Source: a virus
Taxonomy: Duplodnaviria > Caudoviricetes
Direction: 5' to 3' (one strand)
IMG/VR virus record: IMGVR_UViG_3300043427_000994
DNA: 64,000 nt
In this document: positions 7,788-17,130 of the stretch, piece by piece
Numbering within the stretch: the first letter of the stretch is position 1
How the letters are laid out: each line of letters starts with the position of its first letter
The notes under the pieces: generated by a model
Seen by the model: only the letters and a program-made list of their open reading frames with translations
What the model was told of the DNA's origin: nothing
Database searches by the model: none
Translations under genes and position numbers: made by a program

Positions 7788-8028
7788 TCAATTTTATCCA
7801 AATCTCGTAGTACGGATCATAGACCCATCCCTCTGGCGGCTCGCAAGGATCGAACATCCAAGGATGAGTCTGAGGTGTTTTTTCTTGAGGTGTAGGTGCC
7901 CATCTTTTAAGATAATCTTTTCTTATTTGATCCTGTCGTGTTTCTGGATATTGATGCGCCATAACCCCTTCTACAAGATCATCATAGTTTGTTTCACCAA
8001 AAAAGATTTTTTTAAGAAGTTCTTTCAT
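7780..8028 (-). CDS. hypothetical protein
   Basis: 82-aa ORF ending PPEGWVYDPYYEIW. Confidence 0.7.
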   Translation of the reverse strand: MKELLKKIFFGETNYDDLVEGVMAHQYPETRQDQIRKDYLKRWAPTPQEKTPQTHPWMFDPCEPPEGWVYDPYYEIWIKLNE

Positions 8029-8041
8029 TTGGAAATCCCTA

Positions 8042-8410
8042 TCATTTAACTAAGTGCTGTGCTAATACCATACAACTTATCCATACCCACAACGTGTTAA
8101 ATCCTACTAGTGTAGGTAACAATTTTTTGTTACTGGCCCATATCAGTGTTAGAGAAGTTGCCAGTGTAAAAAAATACAACCACCAAAGACTAATACCAAA
8201 AATTAAACCTGGAACGATAATAACTGCCTTTGCTAACCAACTGGCAAATTCTACTTTATTATAATCAGTCCAATACTCTTTGGTAAACCACATTCCATAA
8301 CAGTTTTTAATAGCAGGCCATGTGCTGTGGGCATAACTAACTCCAACTAGTACCGCCCAGGCTAGTGTAGCATATAAAACTTGTTCGATCGTCAATCTAT
8401 TCTCCCCCAT
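8042..8410 (-). CDS. small multi-pass membrane protein
   Basis: 3-4 hydrophobic helices; true start may be TTG at 8395. Confidence 0.7.
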   Translation of the reverse strand: MGENRLTIEQVLYATLAWAVLVGVSYAHSTWPAIKNCYGMWFTKEYWTDYNKVEFASWLAKAVIIVPGLIFGISLWWLYFFTLATSLTLIWASNKKLLPTLVGFNTLWVWISCMVLAQHLVK

Positions 8411-8595
8411 TTAATTTTTAACCAAATTCTTTCATGTATATAATAATCGATGCTTAAAAGAATATGTAATGCTGTGGCAAATCCGGTGGCATTTCCTATG
8501 TCACCGGTAAACATATAAGTCCAAAGAATAGTAAACAGCCAGGCAGTAAGCCTGTATGTTACCATTCTTGTTATAGTTCTTTTTTTAGTTTCCAT
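8392..8595 (-). CDS. DUF2061-like membrane protein
   Basis: RT..R..TYR N-terminus and YYIHERIW C-terminal motif. Confidence 0.7.
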   Translation of the reverse strand: METKKRTITRMVTYRLTAWLFTILWTYMFTGDIGNATGFATALHILLSIDYYIHERIWLKIKWGRID

Positions 8596-9329
8596 TACTT
8601 GCTTTGTGCTGGTAAAATGTAATCATAAACAGCAACACCGCTATCAACAGTGATCTGCATAGCACCTGCGTCTGCGATCTTCATAGTAATTTCGCCGTCG
8701 AGTCCTAAGATGCTCTGTACTTGACTAACTGGCCAAGCCCATGTATGTTTTAGTTTACCGCCAACATCGTGTTGGAATACAAATGAACCTGCGTGTGTGC
8801 TGGCGTCACCAAAGAAAAATACTAGGTTGTTATCTTCTGTACGAACTTGGAATACAGTTTCTTCGCTGTGTGCGGCACTTTGTAGTTTAAGTCTTTGAAT
8901 AGCGGCCACTGTTGGTTTAAATTCAACTTCCCATGAAGCACCTTTAAACTTCACTGACTTTAGTTTTTCGCTGATAATTTCACTGCTCATAAAGCGATAA
9001 TCGTTTTGAAAATCGCCAGCGGCATTTACAAAATGTAAACCAGTTGGCACAGTACTGCCATTGCGCTCGGCCTTGACTACATCAACCTTGGCATTTTCTT
9101 TATACTCTGGATTCTTCAAGTGAAGATTCAACTTGTCTAAATTAGGCATACCAAACGTGCCATCAAATTCTGCTACAGCCTTGTGTGCTTGGGCAGTAAC
9201 AATTACAGAGCGATCTTCCGCCATAGATTCGATCTGTGTTGAATTTGCGTCACCGGTAATTTTAACCAACGGCAAGAAGCCTAGGCTATGTGTATGTGCT
9301 ACGATATCTGTTAGAATGTCTTTAATCAT
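8595..9329 (-). CDS. DNA sliding clamp (T4 gp45-like)
   Basis: 244 aa alpha/beta protein immediately downstream of DNA polymerase; clamp loader elsewhere in window; assignment by size, context and recalled similarity. Confidence 0.65.
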   Translation of the reverse strand: MIKDILTDIVAHTHSLGFLPLVKITGDANSTQIESMAEDRSVIVTAQAHKAVAEFDGTFGMPNLDKLNLHLKNPEYKENAKVDVVKAERNGSTVPTGLHFVNAAGDFQNDYRFMSSEIISEKLKSVKFKGASWEVEFKPTVAAIQRLKLQSAAHSEETVFQVRTEDNNLVFFFGDASTHAGSFVFQHDVGGKLKHTWAWPVSQVQSILGLDGEITMKIADAGAMQITVDSGVAVYDYILPAQSK

Positions 9330-9349
9330 TATAGTTCTCCTTAAGATTG

Positions 9350-9378
9350 ATTATATTTAGGTTTTTGGTCAAAGTCAA
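9350..9378 (-). promoter_or_regulatory. sigma70-type promoter
   Basis: TTGACT-17 nt-TATAAT followed by AAGGAG RBS. Confidence 0.85.
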
Positions 9379-9382
9379 CCTA

Positions 9383-12052
9383 TTAAAACTCGAATAACTT
9401 ATTAAAAGTATTCTTTTCTTCAGTTGATTTAATATCCCAACCTAGAACACCTATTAAGTTTTCTAATTTATTGTCGATAATGGTATTTTCCATTTCGGCA
9501 TCATCAAATGGCAATTCCATAAACCATTTGGGTAAACGCAGTTCGTCTACAGGATAAGCCACTGAAGTATAACCTAAAGGATTATTTTTAAGTTTACATA
9601 CAATGACTTTTTGCCCATCGACAATCTGCATTGAATATTTGTCACCGTTCATGCGTCGAAGTGTATTCCAATTAATGCTGGCACGTACATGACCTGGCAT
9701 GTTAGTCTTACCAGCCTTTTCTTCTTTACCTTGATACTCGGTAATATTGTTGGCACGTTTGGGACTACCTTTCTCCCAACCTGGCCGAGATTTAAATTCG
9801 GTTCTAAACGCAGTAATAAAGTCTAAGACCTGCTGTTCTGTTGCGCCTGTTAGAACAAGTTCAAGAATGTCGCTTAGAAAGTCTTGAATAAATGCCGGAG
9901 TATCAGATCTTTTTAGATCAAGACCCATGGCTTTGATTTTTCCAGGCTTTCCGTCTATGTCGGCTCGCTTGCCTTCTTTGTCATAGACTAGCACAGCATA
10001 TCGCTTTTTAGTAATAAACAAGCCTTTAGATCCAACAATCTCACGACCTGCTTTAATAACTTCACCACGACTTGGCGGACAATGAAACGCCTGTTCCATA
10101 AACTTTATAAAGGTACCATTTACTTCATCAGCAATTTGATCATACAATGCGGTAATGTTTTCTTTAGTCCAAGGAATAGCACCAGACTCAATATCTTTTT
10201 TCAGTGTATTGTACGCTGAAAAATAACAAGAGTCAGTATCACCGTAGATTACTGCTTTACCTACGTGGTTGTATTCACCTGTGATGATTTCATTTACCTT
10301 GCCAGCCATATGTTTAGCAATTTGGCGCCCAACAAGTGTTGTTGACTGACCAATACGCTTGTCGAAAAAACGACAGCCAGGATTAAGAATAGCACCATAC
10401 AAACTGTTGAGATTAATCTTTTTAACCAACTGTCTTTTATCCCAGTATTCTTCTTCAATTTTGTTTCCACTGGTAATACACTCCTTTAGTTTGGCCTGCA
10501 TCTCTTTACGTTCAGCATACCAACGCTTTAACAAGCCGGGAATAATACCTTCTTTTTCATAAGTGAAAATAGTACCATTGGCTGAAATCATCCAAGGTTG
10601 ATTACTGTCAAAAATTAGTTTATAGACTTCGGCAGCACTGTGTACAGTATTTTCACCATCTTCCCAGTCAATGGTAATTTCTGTGTCACGACGCTGAGCC
10701 ATTACTGCTTCATATTCTTCAGAACCAAACTTACCTTCCCAACTTGCGGCAAATGATTTCTTTTTTAGATTCATTTGTTCATGGATGTATGCTTGTGTGT
10801 ATACTGGTCGTAGTTGTCCAATGATTGTCTCTGGACCCATGTTCAGCGCACGAATAGCACTTGGATACAGTGAGTTAATGTCTAGAGAACCAATCCAGTC
10901 TTGAATACCTTCTTTGGGATAGGCAACATACGCACCAGCGGCCTGAGTATCTTCGCTGTCGTCTCGTTTAGGACGATTAGGAACTTGGAAGCCTCTACGA
11001 TGTGCTTCATTAATAATAGCCTGTTCTGTAACAGCCACAGCACCCATTGTAGTCTGTAACAATACAGTATTTTCGTGTGCGATTTTATTAGCAAGATCAA
11101 TAAACTTTAGTTTATCGTCTAATTTGTTTAACAACGCAACGTCTTGTCTATTATATTCAATAAACTTTTTAAAGTCTTTGTTATATAATTGGTCTAAGGT
11201 GCCTTCGTAGACAGTTTTAGTTTCGCCAATCTCTGTTTCACCGATAGCATCTAATCGATATGTATGACGTTCTTCATAGGTAAACTTACGATAAAGTTCA
11301 AGACTGTCTAAGTGAACTCGACCGATTAGGTCATAAGTTTGAGCAGTCTTGCCGTACTTTTCATATTCTCTCTTTTTAGGAAATTGCCCCCAAAGACAAA
11401 AACGTTTAGTATCTTCTTTACTCAATACCTGTGTTATACGGTTTACAGTATAAGGAATATCATAACCTTCTGAGTTCCAACCACTTAAAATATCTGCGTC
11501 ATCGATAAGTTCAAGAAACGTTTCTAGCATATCGGACTCGTTGTCAAATATGTAAGTGTTTGGAAATTCTTTAACTGCTTCAGTGGCCTGCGCAGTGGTC
11601 ATGGTCTTAGGAGCCAATGCTAGAGTAATAAGTCTATCTAACCATTTCAGATGTACTGAAATAGCAGTGATTGGCATAAACGCATCTTCAGGTGTGGAGT
11701 AACCTCTTTCCGGATCAAAGTCTACCTCAATGTCGAAGAAGCAGATGTTTAATTTAGGTGCGTCTTGATTAAGATAGTTTTCACTGAGATGAACAAAGAT
11801 AGGATTAATATCTGATTCGTAAAGTTCTTTGCCATTGTTAATAGCCAACTCTTTACGAAAGTCTTTACTGTTCTTACAGACTACTCGAGTAAGTGGATCT
11901 CCAAATATACTTTGAAATTTACCACGGGGATCTGGATAGTAAAATGTATAGCGTACAGGATGTTCTTTATATACCCGTTCGCCTTGGTCGTTTCTTTCAA
12001 CGACTTTGATGATATCATTCTCTCTATCAAAGAGAGCGTCTACATAACTCAT
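9383..12052 (-). CDS. family B DNA polymerase with 3'-5' exonuclease
   Basis: FDIE, WNSEGYD, YN.QD exonuclease motifs; SLDINSLYPS, K..LNSLYG, YGDTDS, KKRY; start MSYVDA after GGAGA RBS. Confidence 0.98.
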   Translation of the reverse strand: MSYVDALFDRENDIIKVVERNDQGERVYKEHPVRYTFYYPDPRGKFQSIFGDPLTRVVCKNSKDFRKELAINNGKELYESDINPIFVHLSENYLNQDAPKLNICFFDIEVDFDPERGYSTPEDAFMPITAISVHLKWLDRLITLALAPKTMTTAQATEAVKEFPNTYIFDNESDMLETFLELIDDADILSGWNSEGYDIPYTVNRITQVLSKEDTKRFCLWGQFPKKREYEKYGKTAQTYDLIGRVHLDSLELYRKFTYEERHTYRLDAIGETEIGETKTVYEGTLDQLYNKDFKKFIEYNRQDVALLNKLDDKLKFIDLANKIAHENTVLLQTTMGAVAVTEQAIINEAHRRGFQVPNRPKRDDSEDTQAAGAYVAYPKEGIQDWIGSLDINSLYPSAIRALNMGPETIIGQLRPVYTQAYIHEQMNLKKKSFAASWEGKFGSEEYEAVMAQRRDTEITIDWEDGENTVHSAAEVYKLIFDSNQPWMISANGTIFTYEKEGIIPGLLKRWYAERKEMQAKLKECITSGNKIEEEYWDKRQLVKKINLNSLYGAILNPGCRFFDKRIGQSTTLVGRQIAKHMAGKVNEIITGEYNHVGKAVIYGDTDSCYFSAYNTLKKDIESGAIPWTKENITALYDQIADEVNGTFIKFMEQAFHCPPSRGEVIKAGREIVGSKGLFITKKRYAVLVYDKEGKRADIDGKPGKIKAMGLDLKRSDTPAFIQDFLSDILELVLTGATEQQVLDFITAFRTEFKSRPGWEKGSPKRANNITEYQGKEEKAGKTNMPGHVRASINWNTLRRMNGDKYSMQIVDGQKVIVCKLKNNPLGYTSVAYPVDELRLPKWFMELPFDDAEMENTIIDNKLENLIGVLGWDIKSTEEKNTFNKLFEF

Positions 12053-12124
12053 TTTTCTCCTTATGCGATTTACGGCTCGCAAACACCAAACGTGCGGCTT
12101 ATGGCCCGCAAACCTTACTGTATA

Positions 12125-12418
12125 TTAATTAATTAGCATTCTAACTAGTCCCAGTGAGTCAATAGTGACTAGCAAGAGATAGTTAGCCAGCATGCCAAAA
12201 CTTCTACGAGTCCATGCAGCCCAGCCGTACATAGCACAACCAGCGATCCAAATAGGATACAAAACCAACAAAGGTGGCGTAGGGACTGTAAGGGCCATTG
12301 TGATGCTACAGCCAATACTAACAGCCCAAGCAAGAAGCTCGACACAAAAACGGAAAGGATTACTACGCCAATCATCTTTTATCCATTCGATGGTTGGTCG
12401 AAATACAGAGTCAATCAT
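12125..12418 (-). CDS. small 3-TM membrane protein
   Basis: three hydrophobic helices with Pro-containing loop. Confidence 0.75.
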   Translation of the reverse strand: MIDSVFRPTIEWIKDDWRSNPFRFCVELLAWAVSIGCSITMALTVPTPPLLVLYPIWIAGCAMYGWAAWTRRSFGMLANYLLLVTIDSLGLVRMLIN

Positions 12419-12675
12419 TTATCCTTTCCAACAGTAACAATGATAGTCTCTAAATCATCAAACTCTGAATATACATCATTCCAGTTACCCTTGTGAGCAA
12501 TTTTAATTGCTTTGGTAATTAAAGAGGGTTTAACATTCAGTTCTTCAGCAACTGCTTTTACTGTTTCTTTTAAACCTTCATTGAGGCTTTCAATTTCGTA
12601 TTGAATTTGAACACCTTCGTTAATTAGTCTTTCTAATTTGGCTTTTTCTTCTGGTCCGTAAGTTCTGTCGCTCAT
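12415..12675 (-). CDS. dsDNA-binding protein (T4 DsbA/GapR-like)
   Basis: short helical coiled-coil with LKETVKAVAEELNVKP..I.KAIK pattern; upstream of polymerase. Confidence 0.6.
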   Translation of the reverse strand: MSDRTYGPEEKAKLERLINEGVQIQYEIESLNEGLKETVKAVAEELNVKPSLITKAIKIAHKGNWNDVYSEFDDLETIIVTVGKDK

Positions 12676-12699
12676 GCGATTCTCCTAATAATATAATTG

Positions 12700-12728
12700 A
12701 TTATATATGTATGCTCAACAGAAGTCAA
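12700..12728 (-). promoter_or_regulatory. sigma70-type promoter for replication operon
   Basis: TTGACT-17 nt-TATAAT followed by AGGAG RBS. Confidence 0.85.
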
Positions 12729-12748
12729 TGATTATTTTTTCAAAAGAT

Positions 12749-12776
12749 AAAAAAAGGCCCCAAAGGGCCTTTTTAT
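12749..12776. terminator. bidirectional rho-independent terminator
   Basis: AAAAAGGCCC-CAAA-GGGCCTTTTT hairpin with A/T tracts on both sides. Confidence 0.9.
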
Positions 12777-12787
12777 TTTGACACAAA

Positions 12788-15196
12788 TTATGCGGCAGGT
12801 GTAGAAATAGTATTGCCACCAGGTTCCGCTGCCGGCGCCGCCGCAGTTTTCATACTGGCTAGTTTATCTGCTTTCTTTAGAACGTTGTTTAATCTAGTCT
12901 TAATGTCATCTGGTAAAGTTTGAACTGCTTTTTCATCTTTAGCATATTTCTGTATGATTTCTAGATTTTTCAATAATTCTGCTTTGTCCGCTGGATCCAT
13001 TTGGGCTTCGGGACTCTTTAACCAATTATATAGAGCAGCCACACCGCCTGCTATTCCGAGGGTAATAAAAGCACCTCGTTTTGTAACTTTGCCTAGAACT
13101 TTTTTACCAAATCCTTTAAGTCTTTCCCAAGCAGAAGGCTTACCAGGTTCTGGTGCTGGTGTAGGTCCTGGTCCTGGTGTAGGTCCTGGTCCTGGTACTG
13201 GTAGACCCTTTCTCATCTTCTCAATGTCAAACGAAGAAAGTTTTTCTGAAGGGTTAGCACGATTAAAATATTGATCAGGTACACCAGGAACTTTTTCCCA
13301 AGTTTTGCCACCTACTCTAATAACTCCAGGCAACGGTGGTCCTGGATCAAGTGGGCCAGCCTCACTTAAAATTTCATTTTCGGATAACAATGTTAGTTGA
13401 AGTATAGATATTTGTTCACTGGGAGTAAAATCATTAATGTTTTCAAGTACAAGTTTTTTAAGGTCTTTAATAGATAGCTCGTCAATACTTTCGGCAATCT
13501 TATATTTGCCCATGATTCTTTCTACAACAGTTAATGCCTGTACCAATTGATTCTTGGCCAAAATTGCTTTTCCGTTTTCTAATGCTTTGATTAACTCTGG
13601 AGTAATTTTGCCAGTTTCGGGCATACCAGCCATCTTCTCAAATTGTTTAATTGCGTCTGCGGTCTCAGTTCCCATCTTACCGTCTGCGCCAAATCTAGGT
13701 AATTTAAAACCTAAACCTAGTAATAACTCTTGAACTTTTTTAACATCACCGCCGCCTGTAGTTGTTGTAGGATCTGTTTTAGTATCTGTCTTATTATCTG
13801 TTTTAGTATCTGTCTTATTATCTGTCTTAGCATCTGTATCTGTTTTAGTATCAGAACTAAATTGTGCTGGGAGATTAAGGGCACGATTTGCCAATTGTAA
13901 AATTTCAGGATCATCTGGGAAATCTGTTTTCAATCCAGCGGCATAGGTCTGTAATTCTTTGTATTCTGCAGCAGTTAATTCTTCACTTAGTGTTGTACCT
14001 TCAGCAATACGTTGTATACGAGCTATTAATTCGCTCATACTTTCAGGAACAACTTTTGATTGTCCAGATGTAGTGCCTGGTGCTGGAGATGTAACTTTAG
14101 GTTGATTAGCCTTGGCTAGTAATTCTTTTACTCTGGCCAATCTTTCTTCTTTGGATTTAGCAGTTCCGTCTTTGTTGTAATCTGCTGGAAACTTTTTCTC
14201 AGGTTCAGGCTTAGTTAAACTGTAGTCAACTTTGCCTTTTGTAGGATCTTGATTTCCTGGTTTAGCAGGGTTTAAAGTAGTAGTATCGGTTTTAGACAAC
14301 GCATCGGCTTTGGCCTTCTCGTCGGCTTTGTTTTTTTCTTCCACTGCTTTGATTGCGGCTACAATTTCTGCTTTAACTGCTTCAATTTCTTTTTGTGTTT
14401 CAGGATCTTGTTTTAGTTGATCAGACATGCTGTCAAATTTTAAAACTATAGAATTAATTTCGTCAATAATTTTTTTAAGTTCGGCATTGCTATTTTGCGC
14501 ACCACCAAATCCTTTGCCACTAGTTGTGCCGTCTGGATTGATAGTTACTCTTTCTTCAACGTCTTGATCAATAATTTCGTCTTGGAATTCGTTGATCAAT
14601 GATTCAAAAATACTTGATTCAGTTTTAAATTTAAATTTATCTGGGTTTAAACCAAAAAATGTTCCACTGCCTGAAGCGGCACTGTCGGAGCCACTAGGAC
14701 CAGCAGTTTTCATTTTTTCTACAGCGGCTTTTAATTGTGCTCCTAGATCTTTAAGTTTAGGAAGATTTTCTGTTTTAAATTTTTCGTACTTTTGCTTAGT
14801 TACAACACCTTGGCTTCTAGTTCTAAGATCTTGGTCGTATTGGCCTTTTTCGTCGCCTCTAAAAGCTCGTCCTAGTGCTGTAGAAGTTTTAGCATTATCG
14901 GGGATTAAGCCTAGGTCTGCTAGGGCACGATCGGATCTTTCGCTACCAGTGGCTCCTATGCTGATTCGTCCAGGACCACCCATTCCTTGATTTACGCTCT
15001 GTTTTCCAACAAAGCCTCCACTAATAGGATCATATAACCCAGGAAGTTTGTGTTTCCATGCTAGATCGTTAAGTATTTCAGCACGAGCTTGCTCATCATT
15101 TTCTTTGCCTTTTACAGCCGCTTCAACATCGTCTAATGATATTGCTTCAGCAAGTACTACTTCGTCTAGTTTGTTTAAAATTGCTCTTATATCCAT
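12788..15196 (-). CDS. large putative internal virion protein with peptidoglycan-binding domain
   Basis: PG_binding_1-like VKKVQELL..LG...GADGKMG.ET..AIKQFE; low-complexity linkers; many (I/L)xE sites; late promoter upstream. Confidence 0.7.
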   Translation of the reverse strand: MDIRAILNKLDEVVLAEAISLDDVEAAVKGKENDEQARAEILNDLAWKHKLPGLYDPISGGFVGKQSVNQGMGGPGRISIGATGSERSDRALADLGLIPDNAKTSTALGRAFRGDEKGQYDQDLRTRSQGVVTKQKYEKFKTENLPKLKDLGAQLKAAVEKMKTAGPSGSDSAASGSGTFFGLNPDKFKFKTESSIFESLINEFQDEIIDQDVEERVTINPDGTTSGKGFGGAQNSNAELKKIIDEINSIVLKFDSMSDQLKQDPETQKEIEAVKAEIVAAIKAVEEKNKADEKAKADALSKTDTTTLNPAKPGNQDPTKGKVDYSLTKPEPEKKFPADYNKDGTAKSKEERLARVKELLAKANQPKVTSPAPGTTSGQSKVVPESMSELIARIQRIAEGTTLSEELTAAEYKELQTYAAGLKTDFPDDPEILQLANRALNLPAQFSSDTKTDTDAKTDNKTDTKTDNKTDTKTDPTTTTGGGDVKKVQELLLGLGFKLPRFGADGKMGTETADAIKQFEKMAGMPETGKITPELIKALENGKAILAKNQLVQALTVVERIMGKYKIAESIDELSIKDLKKLVLENINDFTPSEQISILQLTLLSENEILSEAGPLDPGPPLPGVIRVGGKTWEKVPGVPDQYFNRANPSEKLSSFDIEKMRKGLPVPGPGPTPGPGPTPAPEPGKPSAWERLKGFGKKVLGKVTKRGAFITLGIAGGVAALYNWLKSPEAQMDPADKAELLKNLEIIQKYAKDEKAVQTLPDDIKTRLNNVLKKADKLASMKTAAAPAAEPGGNTISTPAA
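13157..13192. repeat. 2x18-bp tandem repeat encoding PGPGPT linker
   Basis: TGGTGTAGGTCCTGGTCC duplicated. Confidence 0.85.
13773..13852. repeat. 24-bp tandem duplication plus degenerate 12-mers (TDTK/TDNK linker)
   Basis: TCTGTTTTAGTATCTGTCTTATTA x2 followed by related units. Confidence 0.9.
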
Positions 15197-15221
15197 TTTG
15201 AATCCCCAAATTCTTATCTAG

Positions 15222-15228
15222 TATTTAT
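15222..15228 (-). promoter_or_regulatory. T4-like late promoter core (ATAAATA)
   Basis: GATAAATAC ~25 nt upstream of the 15196 start; same core recurs before other late genes. Confidence 0.65.
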
Positions 15229-15230
15229 CA

Positions 15231-15362
15231 GTGCTCACTTTAACTAACAAGGGTAGCGAATCCAGTTAGTAGCCCAGCAGCCGGACACATAACCCCAAAC
15301 GGTCCTAGGGTATGTTCCTTCCTTCATAAAATAGACCGCCTAGACCGCAGCCTAGACGAGCC
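15231..15362 (-). ncRNA. candidate structured non-coding RNA
   Basis: GC-rich intergenic island in AT-rich genome with stems CCCUAG/UUGGGG, GUCCGG/CUGGGC, ACUAAC/GUUAGU and repeated GCGGUCUA; no family recognised. Confidence 0.45.
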
Positions 15363-15393
15363 AAACATTCTATGAAAGTATCTAATATTTCTT

Positions 15394-16314
15394 TCATCTT
15401 AGACCTGCGATGCGAAGCATTTGTTGTAATAAACGATTATCTTTTTCGTGGTACTCGATACTTTCACGTTTTGTACGGCCAGTGCTTGGATCCCACTTTC
15501 CCGCGCCTGGATACTGTGCTCCAGTCATGTTCCAATTTGGGTTCTTAGCTCTCCAAGCATACTCATCTTGAGATGCTGTAGTAATATTAGTAGTTCCACC
15601 TGTTCCAGTTTTTACTTGTCCCGGAACTGTGCTTAATCCAGTGTCAGTGTTAACGCCTGGTTCAGCCTGTGTTGGCTGTCCGTCGGCTGCGGTAGCAGAC
15701 TGGGCATAACCACCTTGACTTTGTTGTGCTGGTGCGTATCCGCTTGCGCCACCTGCTGGTGCTGGAGCAGGTTCAGGTTCGGGAGTTGGTTGTGGAGTCT
15801 CTGCAGGTGGATTTGGTTTGTCTGCTTGCGGCTGAGGAGTGCCAAACGCTGGACTACTACTTTGAGCAGTTACTCCTAACGCATTTTTTTCTGGAGGAGG
15901 AGTAACTGCTGGAGTTGGCGCTGGCGTTGCCGGTGTTGCTTGTTGAGCCTGAGCAGGATTGGTTATTGTAGTAGCAGTTCCTGCTGTCTGAGAACCTTTT
16001 GCAGCATCAACGGCAGGTCCAAATTGTTGTTCAGCGGCTCGTGTCTGTGGTCCCATAATACCGTCTGCTTTAATTTTAGCACCAGCCTTGATTAATTCTT
16101 GCTGTCTTGCTAGTACCTGAGGATCTTTTTTAGCAGCCGGTTTAGCAGCCGGCTTAGCCGCTGTTGTTGGCTGTGGGGTTTTCATAGCAATAGCCTGTTG
16201 AGCCATTGCAGCCGGATCCATACCTGCGCCTTGCGGCCCTGGAGTTGTAACATTTCCTGGTTTTCCAATGTTACCTGTCTGATATTCTTGTATAAGTAAA
16301 TCTCTAATTTTCAT
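15394..16314 (-). CDS. putative internal virion protein, Pro/Ala/Gln-rich, with PG-binding-like segment
   Basis: leader MKIRDLLIQE; QQELIKAG..IKADGIMGPQT; C-terminal MLRIAGL. Confidence 0.65.
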   Translation of the reverse strand: MKIRDLLIQEYQTGNIGKPGNVTTPGPQGAGMDPAAMAQQAIAMKTPQPTTAAKPAAKPAAKKDPQVLARQQELIKAGAKIKADGIMGPQTRAAEQQFGPAVDAAKGSQTAGTATTITNPAQAQQATPATPAPTPAVTPPPEKNALGVTAQSSSPAFGTPQPQADKPNPPAETPQPTPEPEPAPAPAGGASGYAPAQQSQGGYAQSATAADGQPTQAEPGVNTDTGLSTVPGQVKTGTGGTTNITTASQDEYAWRAKNPNWNMTGAQYPGAGKWDPSTGRTKRESIEYHEKDNRLLQQMLRIAGLR

Positions 16315-16467
16315 TTAATGTTCTCCGTATGGATTTTTTGGTCTGTCAGTACCGTCGTCTTCTGGAAAAACTTCGTATTTTTCTTCCTTCGCTGGTTGAC
16401 TTATATCTTTCTTTAATTCTTCTTGAGCACGTTTAATGTAATCTGCTAGTGTTTTATCTAAGATCAT
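16315..16467 (-). CDS. 50-aa hypothetical protein (not in supplied track)
   Basis: manual translation MILDKTLADYIKRAQEELKK...PEDDGTDRPKNPYGEH; ATGA overlap with dps stop; fills the gap exactly. Confidence 0.7.
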   Translation of the reverse strand: MILDKTLADYIKRAQEELKKDISQPAKEEKYEVFPEDDGTDRPKNPYGEH

Positions 16468-16898
16468 TTTAATGTAGCCCTTAACATCCAACTGTGCTTG
16501 CGATGTGCGTCTTGACGACCTGCTAAAAAATCAGCAAGACCATGTTCTCCATTACGTTCAGCAATGTCAAACACTAGTTTAAAAATATTAGCCATCCTAT
16601 CAGAGTCTTCTAATAAGATTTCTGTCATTGATCTAGCATCTGGAATTTCAGTTTCGTCATCAATTTTTGATAACATTGAAAATCTTTCAAAACTGCCAGG
16701 AGTATAACTGCCTGCTTTGCGAATGTTTTCAGCAAAGTCATCAATACTACCATAGACTTCTTCGTAGATTCCGCCAAACAGTTCGTGATACTGTTGAAAG
16801 TTTTCGCCTTCTACGTTCCAATGAAAGTACTGTGCTTTTAGATAAAAACTAAATTCACTGGCAAAAGAAATTTTAAGTGCTTTGATTAATTCATCCAT
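16464..16898 (-). CDS. dps: Dps / ferritin-like DNA protection protein
   Basis: FHWNVEG..F...HELF...YEE...IDDFAE.IR and KH.WML ferroxidase motifs. Confidence 0.92.
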   Translation of the reverse strand: MDELIKALKISFASEFSFYLKAQYFHWNVEGENFQQYHELFGGIYEEVYGSIDDFAENIRKAGSYTPGSFERFSMLSKIDDETEIPDARSMTEILLEDSDRMANIFKLVFDIAERNGEHGLADFLAGRQDAHRKHSWMLRATLK

Positions 16899-16899
16899 T

Positions 16900-17130
16900 T
16901 TAACAAACCTGTAATATTCCGTAAATTCCTGTGACTAACATAGACTTTAATGCTATATCGTCTGCTTCACTATCTAATTTATCTGTTCTAATTAAATCTT
17001 CTAATAATTCTTTGGCTTCTGCTTGACCAATCTGACCATTTTGTAATGCTTCGGCGATCTGTAATGCTACTTGAGCACGTTCTGCGGCCCAACCTTTTCC
17101 TGAATTAACACAATTTAAAAGTTCTTGCAT
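16900..17130 (-). CDS. hypothetical protein
   Basis: 76-aa helical ORF in operon. Confidence 0.7.
   Translation of the reverse strand: MQELLNCVNSGKGWAAERAQVALQIAEALQNGQIGQAEAKELLEDLIRTDKLDSEADDIALKSMLVTGIYGILQVC

Noticed and set aside
15246-15326. 27-codon ORF MKEGTYPRTVWGYVSGCWATNWIRYPC inside the structured intergenic region
   Set aside because: No clear RBS upstream and the composition is better explained by RNA stems; kept only as an alternative hypothesis
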